A stretch of DNA of 63,212 nt, the filler included. It is 10 parts of 10 records of this genome, joined end to end, with 100 filler letters (N's around TTAATTAATTAA, not from the genome) between each part and the next. Parts side by side here need not be neighbours in the genome. Positions count along the whole stretch, not along the records: positions 28,173 to 38,223 come from SRR20825015_38; positions 38,324 to 48,402 come from SRR20825015_39; 8 more parts are not named here. One strand, written 5' to 3'. Under the pieces are notes generated by a model that was not told where the DNA came from, did not search any database, and saw nothing but the letters and a program-made list of their open reading frames with translations. Numbering within the stretch: the first letter of the stretch is position 1; each line of letters opens with the position of its first letter. Positions 38,085-48,502 of the stretch are shown here, piece by piece. Made by a program: the position numbers and the translations under genes.

Positions 38085-38223
38085 GAGTGGTTTGGTCAGT
38101 CGAGGGGAGAGCGGTAGACCAAGGAATGAGCGTAGTATTATATATATTCTAAGAGCGCTTCCGTGGGATGCGCATAATTACAATGAAAAAAAAACACACA
38201 CACACACACACCCGCGCGCACAC

Positions 38224-38323
38224 NNNNNNNNNNNNNNNNNNNNNNNNNNNNNNNNNNNNNNNNNNNNTTAATTAATTAANNNNNNNNNNNNNNNNNNNNN
38301 NNNNNNNNNNNNNNNNNNNNNNN
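38224..38323. other. Artificial contig linker 6
   Basis: N44-TTAATTAATTAA-N44. Confidence 0.99.
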
Positions 38324-38324
38324 A

Positions 38325-38636
38325 GTCCGCACCATTCCTAGTGAATTAACCATCATCACTGGGCTGGGTCATAATAGCAAGGATGGGATACCTCATTTGA
38401 AACTGGCGCTGGTCGATATGCTGAAGTCAGAACGACTGCACTTTCGTGTGAAGGCGAAAAACAAAGGGAGGATCCACATATCGGCTGCAAATTTAATATC
38501 ATTCTTCCTTATCAGAGAAGAGCAGCACGTGAGAGCCAAGCTAATTCGTTCTTCTGGGGCTCGCTACATCACTTTCGGAGCCTTACTTTTCTCTGGCGTA
38601 CACCTCCTGCCCAATCTCCTGGAGTTCTACGGCTAG
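38325..38636 (+). CDS. Smr-domain protein, C-terminal part, with terminal hydrophobic helix
   Basis: ELTIITGLGHNSKDGIPHLKLALVDML..F...KNKGRIHI matches the Smr consensus IxTGxGxHS..N.G. Confidence 0.75.
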   Translation, partial: VRTIPSELTIITGLGHNSKDGIPHLKLALVDMLKSERLHFRVKAKNKGRIHISAANLISFFLIREEQHVRAKLIRSSGARYITFGALLFSGVHLLPNLLEFYG

Positions 38637-39743
38637 CATCTCTTCTGATTCTTGATTTGGAAGAAGACAACTTCTCCAGATTCAGACGCGGATGCATTTG
38701 TCAAAGTTAGACTCGTATCAGGCTGCAAGGATAGCGTCAGAAGTCACACCCTCATCGTTACACTGGGCCTTACCCAGACCATCAAATGGCTTCCAAGTTT
38801 TGATGGAACTCGTTTACCATCCAATTCCAACTTCAAATCGCCCCGTGCAACGTAGAGGAACTACAAAAAAGTTCTTGTCGTGAGTTTGGACTCTCTAAAC
38901 GAGGAAAACTCACCGTTGTGAATGGACCCCCAGGTTGTTTACGTGAAGATTTCGGCTTGAGTGTGACTGTTCCCGAGGAGTACTTTGGACTGTCGTACAG
39001 CTTGCGCGCAACAACACCGACCGACGGTGATTTTGCTGGCGAGCCATCTCCTTCGCTCTCTTCGATGTCGTCATGGATAGGCTTTGAGGGCGCGTAGCTC
39101 TTCTTGCGGCGGGTCGGTTTTCTTCTCTTTGGCATATTCTTCGTCACTTTCTTTGGGGCCCTGGGAATATTCTCGTCTATTTGTTTCAATGGAGGTCGCC
39201 CATCGACTTCGAATTCGACCAGTTCTTCTTCGGATGGAGGTGGGAGGTCACTTCCTATTGACGGGACGTCACTTCCTATCAAATCAATCTCCATATCACT
39301 TCCACTCCCCTCCTGAGCCTCCCTTCGATCGACCGACGGCGTTGCTGAATCTTCGCGAGAACCCTCTTCCACAACTGACAAGTTTGGTTCATGTCCCTTC
39401 ACTCGGAGTATGGACCGGGGAATTTTGGGAATAAATGCAGTTGGTACTACAGCAGTGGCTGATTTTGAGTGTTTTGGAGTTGACTTCTCTGACTTCTGTG
39501 GAGTGCGACGCCTCTTCGTGCTTGGCGGTGTTGGATTCTGTATTTGTGCAAGAGTTTTATTGTCCGGGCGAGACAATACGCCGACCAACTGGGGGACTTC
39601 ATCTGATATCTGTCAGCAATTTTCACTAGCTTCACTGCATGTCACATACCATCTAATCTTCTATAAACGACTTTCTCTCCTCTCCAGAACTCCAAAGGTG
39701 GAAGTTTGCGTCGGGTTGACACTCGACGGCCCGTCTCAGTCAT
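38633..39743 (-). CDS. CENPC: CENP-C/Mif2-like kinetochore protein (319 aa model)
   Basis: Exons 39743-39650, 39602-38914, 38860-38774 and 38722-38633. CENP-C motif RRVSTRRKLPPLEFWRGEKVVY; C-terminal cupin YSSGTVTLKP..FLYVARGDLKLELDG..LTLTNAS..VVFFQIK. Confidence 0.82.
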
Positions 39744-40003
39744 GTTTCCCGTACAAGACGAAAGAAGTCAAATTTTTGACTGATTTCCATTCTTCCAATC
39801 GGCAGAGTAACCTCTTTTGCCAGTAAAGTGTAACTTTGGTGAGTTGGTGGTGTGTACGATAGGCTGTGGGTGGTTTTAGTGCCGTTGTTCTCACGCGTTC
39901 TTCTTGCTGCGCCTGAGAGAAAAAGTGGGAGGCCAAGGTACGACCGAAAATACCAAATTAGGTCTTCGATTTTCGGTGTTACTAATTGGCGATCTGAACT
40001 CGA

Positions 40004-43000
40004 ATGGCGTCACTGCCCTTGTGTGGGCAGTGTGAAACTGAGGATGCTACGTTGCAATGCATCCAATGCGGCGAGGATCTATGCACGGCATGCAGGTAGG
40101 TGGAGTATTTCATCGAAATAACCACTCCTGACGCTCCCAAAGTTCTTTTCTTCACCGTCGTGGAAAGTTGAAGGAGCACGACGTCGTCTTCATGGACCAA
40201 GAGAGGGACGAAGAAAGTCAATGGAAGATGTCTAGACCTTGCGAAAACCACGAAGGCGAGTACAAGACACTGTTCTGTTCTGAGGTAGATGTATTGTCGT
40301 GTCCATAAGACCTATGTCTCACGGGAAACTTCTAATCAGTGCTCGGAGATCGTCTGCGCCCTGTGCCTTGTTTCTGGAGGTTGTCAAGGACATCGTTGCC
40401 AACCGCTCAAAATTGCTCATGCCGGTAATTTAATTTCCTCCTGTCACTGGGCTTTTCACTTTCTCACACCTGGATCAGAGGCTCAGGTGGCCTTAACGCG
40501 AAACAAAGAGGAGTTGCAGAAACGAGTTGGTAGCATCCACTCGGCAAACTCCAGTGTTCAGGAGGAAATTGATGCCGTCAAGATCGAGGCCAAGCAGTTG
40601 ATCAAGTCCGTGAAGAAGAAGGTGCGCCCTGTACGATTGTGTGGAAACCGCCCTGACTTCATGACTTCATATCAGTTCCGCCACCTCAACGATCTATTGG
40701 ACGACAGGGAGGAGAGCGTGCACGAGGTAGTGGACGAAATGGCTAGCGAAAGAAAGCGTGGGCTGGACCTTCAGGTATTCATTCTAGGACATCCATCTGT
40801 AAAGGTTACTCACGCCTTTGCCCATTAGGTTGCCAGAATTCAGCTGAGCATGGAGGAACTGATCACTGTCAAGGCAAAGGCTGAGGCCATTTTAGCCATT
40901 GAGGAAGTCGAGCCTTTCTTTGAGAAATACCACGAGTACACAACAGGTGTCGAAGGGGCATTTAAGAACACCGAGAGCGTGAGTGCGGCAACAGTGTTCT
41001 CGAGCCTGTGATTCTAATCCTTTGGCGCCCTCAGGTGGTCATGGATCCTCCCGCCGACCTCGATTTCAAGCTGTACCTCGACGTCGAGAAGCACCTCACT
41101 TCGATTAAGGAAGTCAACTTTGCACGAGGTATGAAAGCACCGTGGCGTCACACCTCATTACTAACCTCACCAACTAAAGGCGGCAAGCGCAAAGTGAGTG
41201 GCTTCTTCGCGAGGGTGAGACGGAGCATCGGAAGCAAAGAGGCGGAGGAGGCAAGTGGCTCGGACTCCTTTGCCTGTGTTTGTGACTAACTTGTAGCAGG
41301 ATGAGGCCTATTTGGATGACGAAGAAATTCCTTGGGACGACGAAGAAGATGAGGTGATCACCACAATCAAACAACCGGCTCTCAAAGCGTACTGACAACT
41401 AGTGACAATAGCCCACTGTGATAACGATCGATAAGGTGAAAGAACCAGAATTCATGGTCGACGAAACTCTCGACTCTCTGGAATCGATTGAAAAATATTC
41501 GTGCGACTCTTCGGGGAAAGTGCCAATGCAGGTGAGCTTCCACAAAACAACATGACCGGTGCCAATGTGCTTGCTGCTGACCTGAGTTCTTAGGTCCGGC
41601 TTGCCTTTATCAATCGCATCCGGTGCCTTGCGGAAGAGGACAGTCGGCACGGCAGACTGATCACCGTAATTCAAACCCTCATGGCGGATAAGTCGCCTGA
41701 TATTCGCGCTTCCTTGGTGAAGAGCCTCTCCGAGGTACCAGCAGCTGCTGCTCGAGCCGCAATGGAAAGACCTGACGATCCTCAGGTAAGCCCAACAACT
41801 TGTTTCCCACTCGGTTGCTCACGTTTTTTTTCTTTTGAATCTCAGTGGAGCGTGGAGGAACTTCGAGATGCCGTGTTCACTCCCTTGCTGTCGCTGTCTG
41901 CTGACCCTCACGAAGATGTGGCTGGTCAGGCTAACAGAAGCTTTGCTGATGCCGCGCAATTCATCCCCCCCATGTACTTTCAGAAGTTTGCCCTCGGTCC
42001 AGTGCTTGAGGTATGTCATTGGTGTCTTGTAGCAACCAACCCGTCTCACGAACGTGAACAGGCAACAGAAAACGAGGATGCCATCAAACGAGCATCAGCA
42101 GCACGAATTTTGGTGGAGTTGATGCGAGTCCCCGCAAGCCGTGGTACAATATTGGCTGAACAAATAGTTCCAAAGCTTGAGACACTATCAGGCGATCCCG
42201 ACGTAAACACTCGCCGCAATGTGGCGATGGCCTTTTCGAACTTGCCACGTATGTTCCCACTCGACCAAATCTTTGTTCATCCCGCGGCTGCATTCTGACA
42301 CTGCTTTGGTTCAGCATCTGAGGAGCCAAGCCCTCTTCAACCCGTCCTATTGCCCCTTTTCTTGAACATGTCAACGGATTCCGACTACGAAACGCGAGCC
42401 ATTTGTGCATCGTCCATCGGCTATGTAGCAAACGCCCTCATTCCGATTGGTGGAGACACCCCAACGGCCCACCGCTACCAATTCCAAACCGGTATCATCA
42501 AGCAGTTCCTTGGGGATGAAAACAAGGTAGGTGACACTCGACATGACCCATTCCAACGTGAGCCATATTTCTCACGTGCGTTGAAATAGGCTGTCATTCG
42601 ATCGGCCAAGCTTTACTTTGCCCACTATGTTGGGGAACTCGACCCTGCTCAATTGAAAGAGGACATTTTGGAGCTCTATGTGGAGCTCTTCACAAAACAA
42701 GGTGCGTGTTTGATGCAGGGAATTTACAACTTTGTGACTGACTCTCGCGGCAGATGATGCGAAGGTTGCCGCAACGGCGTCGTACAACTTTCCTGCTGTT
42801 CTACTCCGAGCTGGTGCCGATAAGTGGAAGGAGAACTTAGAAGTGGCCTTTGACGCTGTTGTGTCGCATTCGTCAATAGGTGTCCGAAAGCCTATTGTTG
42901 CTGCCTTCCACCACATCGTCAAAGTTGTGAACGAGTTCGTGACCGACGACTGGCTTATGATGTGCCTAGATCGATTTCTAGGCGATGATGAGGTTAGTGC

Positions 43001-43978
43001 GCCCTTTTGATTGGTGACCATACAAGTCGCCCATTCTAACAGATGTCCTGCAGGAGGTTATCCAAAACTTTATCCTCCGCAACCTGCCTCTCTTTATCGA
43101 AAAATTGTCGAAGGGCAATCGCGACCCCTACATGCGACATTATCTGAATATGAAGGAGCACACAACGTGGAGGCGCAAGGAGTTGTTCTGTTTGCATGTA
43201 AGACCTTGTTTGCATGACAGGCGCTTCCCAGTGTTCTTGTCTCGCTCACCAATTATTTCACCAGGCTCCTGAGATGATCCAGCTGTTTCCCGAGACCTCC
43301 CGAAGCGACATTCTTCGTTCAATGTTAAATTGTCTAGAGTCGGACGTCGCAGCCGTCCGTATGGCCGCCGCCAGTGGTCTCTCAAACACCTTAAGCGTGT
43401 TAATGCAGTCTACGCTTCCAGTGTGTGTTCGTGACAAGTCTCAGGAGGAGGTCACTGACGAGATGTCATTTGAGAAGGTGGTTGGTTCAATTCAAAAATT
43501 TGCCCGTTCGAAGCATTACACCATGCGTCAAGTCTTTGTAGAATGTTGCAGACACTCGATCGGCATCTTGCCGCAGGACGCCTTCAATGACTGGTTCCTC
43601 CACCTTCTCCTCGACCTTGCCAACGACAAGGTCGCAAACGTGAGAATCGCTGTCGCTCGAGTGTTCTCGTGTGATCCTTGCGAGAGCATTCTTGAGCGTG
43701 CCCCATCAAGTCTTAACCGCAAAGAAGATGAGCTGGCGGCAAAGAAGGCTGCGGCTGTCCAGACGACTGTGGAGCGGCCAGATGTAGCGATGGCGCTAGA
43801 AGCACTCGCAGAGGATTCAGACAGAGAAGTTCGACTTATCTCGAGTCAGATCAACGAGAAGAGAAGGACTAGTTCGGTGAGCTCAATGAGCTCCACCGCC
43901 AACCGCGAGAGTACCTCGAGCGCGTCGGCTTGTGATAAAACCACGCCCGAAAGCATCACTGCCTCGAAGGCGGAATGA
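40004..43978 (+). CDS. B-box1 + B-box2 + coiled coil + PP4R1/PP4R4-like HEAT-repeat protein
   Basis: B-box1 CGQCETEDATLQCIQCGEDLCTACSSFLHRRGKLKEH; B-box2 CENHEGEYKTLFCSECSEIVCALCLVSGGCQGH; then coiled coil; then DETLDSLESIEKY, ASYNFPAVL and LLDLANDKVANVRIAVAR. Confidence 0.75.
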
Positions 43979-44073
43979 GAAACGAAGGAAGTCATGGGAT
44001 CTACGAAGAAAAATATTTAGAGTATTTTTTTTAGTGATGAGCAAGTGTAATCTAGGATATAAATACAACACTT

Positions 44074-45942
44074 CTATGAAGCAAATTCAGCGTTGGGTTT
44101 CAGTCTAGCAAATCGAGAAGACAATTTCTTCACGACGAGGACGGGGACATCACTGGACCTGATCACAGTGTCTGTCACAGAGCCGGTAATCGCCCGCTCG
44201 ACTCCCTTCCTTCCGTTGTGACCGATGACGATGCAGTCGTGGTTCTTCGAGTTCTTGTTGATCAAGTTTCCAATCTTTTCAGACTTTTGCTCAACGATTT
44301 TCTCGCTTGCGTCGATCTTCATGCCGTTCAGCATTCGCACTTCCTCCTTAACGACAATGGAAAGGTTCTTCTCGTCGCCTCCCTTGGGGATGGTGGTGAA
44401 GAGGGTGATTTCACCCTTCCTGAGAGCGACAAGCATCGAAGCCAACTCGATCGCGCGCTTGCTGAGGAAGGAGCCATCGTATGGAAGCAGCACCTTCTTG
44501 AAGGTCTTCTTGGGGTCGTACTTCTTGGTGTGACCTCTAAGCACCAACACGGGAGTGTCGGAGCGGCGGATGACAGATTCGGTCACCGATCCGAGCGCAA
44601 CACGCTTCAGTCCCGATCTACCATGGGTTCCCATCACCACGATGTCGCAAGTCTCGCTAGCAGAGACGATGGCTTCGACGGGGCTCTGCAACGTTGCAGT
44701 GCACGAGTATGGCACCTCTTCGCCGTGGCAGATATCTCGCGCATGCTGCAGCACCTCCTCGGCATCTTCGTAGAACTTGGCGAGGATTTGCGGGTTCTTT
44801 CCCTCGAAGGCGGTGACGAACTCCTTGTCCGCAGCGAAGAGGAGCAGAATCTTTCCTCCCATCATGTGAGCAAACTTGGCGGCGAACTCTACGGCAGCCT
44901 TGGAGACCTTGGAGCCGTCGACGGGGACAAGAATCTGGAGGCGGGGATCTTCTTCCATCTCCTTCATCTTCCTGCTGTTGAGGGCGATTGGTTTGAAGTA
45001 CTCGTCGAAAATGGGAAGGAGGTTTCGCTTGGGTTCGTTGACGGCCATCACGGGCACCTTGCAGTTTCTCAGCAAGTGCTCGGTCACGGAGCCGAGAATG
45101 ATGCGGTCTACTCCCACTCTGCCGTGAGTTCCCATGAGGATCAACTCGGTCTCCCTGCTCCTCTCCACAAGGATGTCTTCTGGCTTCTGTCGTCCCTTGG
45201 GCGTCAGCTCCTCCACGAAGACGTCGAGTCCGATGTTGTTTCCTTCTTCCTCCAGCTTGCGTCTTTCGTCGAAGATCTGGAAATCGGACTTGGAGGTAGC
45301 AACGTGGCAGCATGTAACTTTGCTATCCAGAACGCGACCGATGGCAAGGGCGAGCTTGAACGCCACGTAGGAGAGGCGAGAGCCATCGTAGGGCACGAGA
45401 ATGTCGTTGAAGAGGAGGCCGGGGTGGGGCTTGACGTCCTCTCGAACAGCCAATACAGTGCTGTAGCTGCTGCGCAACACTTCTTCTGTGACAGACCCAA
45501 AAGCCATGCGCTTCATGCCTGAGCGTCCGTGGCTTCCCATGATGACGAGCTCTGCCTTCTTCGAAGCGTCGACGATGGCCGACACGGGCTCAGAGAGAAC
45601 GATCTGCGGCACGCACTTCACCTTGTTCTTCTTGCAGAACTCCTTGCCTTTCCTCAAAATTTTACCGCCATCGGCGTAGAAGGAGTCAAGAAGGGCCTTG
45701 TTGTTATCCTCCCAAGCGGCCTGAAATTCTCTGTCTACGGCATGGAGTAGGCGAATGTCGGCACCCAAAACACGTGCGAACTCGGTTGCCCATCTCAGGG
45801 CGTTGAGGCTGACGTCGCTTCCGTCCAATGGGACCAAGATGTGCGCTCTTCTCTCGAACTCGATGGCTTCACCATCAGATACCCTCGTCCTCTCTTCCTC
45901 TCTGATCGAGGACTCTCTTCGGAACTTTTTCATGAATGACAT
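44074..45942 (-). CDS. Universal stress protein with four tandem UspA domains (intronless, 622 aa)
   Basis: Four I/VL(V/L)PxDGS starts and four G-x2-G-x9-GS motifs: GSHGRSGMKRMAFGS, GTHGRVGVDRIILGS, GTHGRSGLKRVALGS, GHNGRKGVERAITGS. Confidence 0.93.
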   Translation of the reverse strand: MSFMKKFRRESSIREEERTRVSDGEAIEFERRAHILVPLDGSDVSLNALRWATEFARVLGADIRLLHAVDREFQAAWEDNNKALLDSFYADGGKILRKGKEFCKKNKVKCVPQIVLSEPVSAIVDASKKAELVIMGSHGRSGMKRMAFGSVTEEVLRSSYSTVLAVREDVKPHPGLLFNDILVPYDGSRLSYVAFKLALAIGRVLDSKVTCCHVATSKSDFQIFDERRKLEEEGNNIGLDVFVEELTPKGRQKPEDILVERSRETELILMGTHGRVGVDRIILGSVTEHLLRNCKVPVMAVNEPKRNLLPIFDEYFKPIALNSRKMKEMEEDPRLQILVPVDGSKVSKAAVEFAAKFAHMMGGKILLLFAADKEFVTAFEGKNPQILAKFYEDAEEVLQHARDICHGEEVPYSCTATLQSPVEAIVSASETCDIVVMGTHGRSGLKRVALGSVTESVIRRSDTPVLVLRGHTKKYDPKKTFKKVLLPYDGSFLSKRAIELASMLVALRKGEITLFTTIPKGGDEKNLSIVVKEEVRMLNGMKIDASEKIVEQKSEKIGNLINKNSKNHDCIVIGHNGRKGVERAITGSVTDTVIRSSDVPVLVVKKLSSRFARLKPNAEFAS

Positions 45943-46106
45943 GTGTACGGTGTGAAAGTGCCGCAGGACAAACGGGCTTTTCGATCTATGCTGGGAGTGG
46001 ATCTACCACGTGGCAAAGCATGGAACGTGACCACGCGATTGAAAATTTTTAATTTCGTCACACAAAAACGGCAGAGCCACACACATTTTTCAAAGAGGCG
46101 ACAATC

Positions 46107-47911
46107 ATGTCTGAGCCGCGAAGACGCTCGTCCTTGTTGGACTTGTTCAAGCGGAAGAAACCTGCCGACAGCACCCCGAGTGTTATCAGTGGGCAAAGTC
46201 CCGCACCCTATTTAAACTCCTCCACCGTAAACTCATTCAAGGATGTGTCAAAAAAGACGACACAGGTGAGTGGCGAATGGCAAGTGGCCGTCTTTCTCCT
46301 CTGAGTCCTTTTTGTTTCAGGGTCCTAGCGGAATGCTCTCTGCCTACATTCCAACAGAAAGGTAACCAAGTGCAAGCGGGGCCTTTGTTCCTGGAACGGA
46401 GGGAGACAGAAGAAACACTAACACGTCACCCCTCCCTCAGCGGTGGCATGCTTCAATACACAGGCGACGTCAAAAGCGGGGTGCCCGCTCGCAACGAACA
46501 AAACTTGTCTCTTGCACGCTCCTTCACCTGCCCAGGTACAGATTGGGTTTTGTATTTTTCTCTAAGCTGGAGTGGTAAGTCCAGTCGCTGACAGTAGCTT
46601 GTGTTTTTCTTCCGTTGTAGGTGTTGTGTCGACGAAGGAGACATTCACGACTCAGCGAGTGATCATCGATGGTGAGTGAGGGACAAACCGTTCTAACGAA
46701 AACATTTTGACGCATACCATCAGGAAAATCAACGGCCCATGGCCAAGGAGCTCTTCGAGCTGCCACTGGTGAAGTGGTTTACGAGGGTGAATTCATGGAT
46801 GGGTGGGTTTCTCTGTTGTGAACCTCCGAGTCGGAATGTTCCTTGTGACCATCTGATTGTAACAGATACCGTCATGGTTGGGGTGAGGGCATCTTCTTCC
46901 GGACAAGAGATGGCAAGATGCTAGTCAAAGATGGTTTGTAACAACTTGTGGCACAATTCAAACTGCTTTGGCATCGTTTTTCTCATTCTCGGTTACACTC
47001 AGGCACTTACCAAGGAGAGTGGAAGGTGGGTCTCAGAGACGGCTTTGGCATCTGGGTGTCCGAGAGCGGAGACCGATACGAAGGGGAATGGCGTCAAGGG
47101 CTTAGAGAGGGACAGGTACAAATACTCTGATAGTTGTCTTTTGCTACGGGGACTGTGTTAATCAAAGCGCTCTTCTTGTAGGGTGTTGTGATATTTGCAT
47201 TTGGAGGCCGATTATCGTGCCAATGGAGAAACGACCAAAAGCACGGGTGTGGTCGCTTTATCTGGCCTGATGGCAAAGTGGAGGACAGAGAATACCAAAA
47301 CGGAGAACTCGTTAGAGGTAGATCATCTCGTTGTTAGAACGCGGTGGATCACCTCTGCTAACGGCACTTGCTCCATGCAGTCACCCAACTCGTAGACAGT
47401 GAGCTCGAAGAGTGTATTTACTCGTATGAAGACTTGTACTCGGAATTAGAAAGACAACGCCGGGTGAATGAGCTGGAAATGAAAGAGGTCAGGGGTTCTG
47501 TCGTTTCCGAACCTCCTCCCCCCCCCCCAAAAAAAAACACACACACACACACAGACACCCAACACACAGACACTGACCCCTGATTTCCAGGTTTTGGATA
47601 GCTTGAAGGTGAACATCATCGAGAGTGAGGGTAGTCTCAAGCGCCGAGTCAACGAACTGGAGCTGGCAATCGATGACGAGAAGCTCAGATCTGCATGTCA
47701 GGTCAGTTTTCATCTCGTACTTCCAAATCGCATCTAACGGGAGCTCTTAACCCAGATCTGTGCCGTCAACGTCCGTGACACTGCCGTGATGCCTTGCCTG
47801 CACGTGCTGTATTGCGGGCTGTGTCTGAGTCGACACCAGAAGAAGACAAACACCTGCCCGCATTGCAAGGTCCAGATCAGCGGCACCTTGAAACTCAACG
47901 CTGTACTTTGA
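46107..47911 (+). CDS. MORN-repeat + coiled-coil + C-terminal RING protein
   Basis: YQGEWKVGLRDGFGIWVSESGDRYEGEWRQGLREG is MORN-like; CQ/ICAVNVRDTAVMPCLHVLYCGLC..TCPHCK is a C3HC4-type RING. Confidence 0.82.
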
Positions 47912-48054
47912 TTAGACGAATGAAATAGATATCATTGAGCACTTTGCGCAAGCGCGGGGGGCAAAACCAATGTCGTGACGTACTAGTTCTGTTTATTGAT
48001 TTCTTGAGATAGCATATCGATAATAATCTAGAAGAGAGGGAGGGTTGGAACTAT

Positions 48055-48362
48055 CTAGTTGCGTTTGGCATGTTCAGTGACAACATCGTCCAAGTTGGAC
48101 CAGAGGTCGTCCAAAGCCTGGGCCATTTCGCGTGCGTTGGCGATGGTCTGCTTGACAACTTCTGGTCTTCTGGCAAAAATGTCCTCAGTCAAGGCCACGG
48201 TCTCCAACATGTGCTCAATCTCGACGTGGCCGGTGAAGACTTCGTCAAAATACTCCTCCTTCATCACATTGGGGTAGAAAGGAGAGAAGCTGTCGGCGAG
48301 GGCAGAGAGCCAGTCATCAGACAACACCTCAGCAATGCACCAGGCACCGGTGTTCTGGGTGT
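48055..48362 (-). CDS. Last exon of an all-helical protein, possibly heme-oxygenase-like di-metal fold
   Basis: The exon after acceptor CTTCTTCCAG reads GAWCIAEVLSDDWLSAL..EYFDEVFTGHVEIEH..ALDDLWSNL. The fold call is tentative. Confidence 0.45.
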
Positions 48363-48402
48363 CTGGAAGAAGCGACGACGGATGTGAGAACCAACGACTG
48401 TT

Positions 48403-48502
48403 NNNNNNNNNNNNNNNNNNNNNNNNNNNNNNNNNNNNNNNNNNNNTTAATTAATTAANNNNNNNNNNNNNNNNNNNNNNNNNNNNNNNNNNNNNNNNNN
48501 NN
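48403..48502. other. Artificial contig linker 7
   Basis: N44-TTAATTAATTAA-N44. Confidence 0.99.

Noticed and set aside
44218-45522. 434-aa antisense ORF over the USP gene (and similar shadows over SDS22, trhO and recA)
   Set aside because: It has no recognisable motifs. Long antisense frames are expected from biased codon usage on the sense strand.
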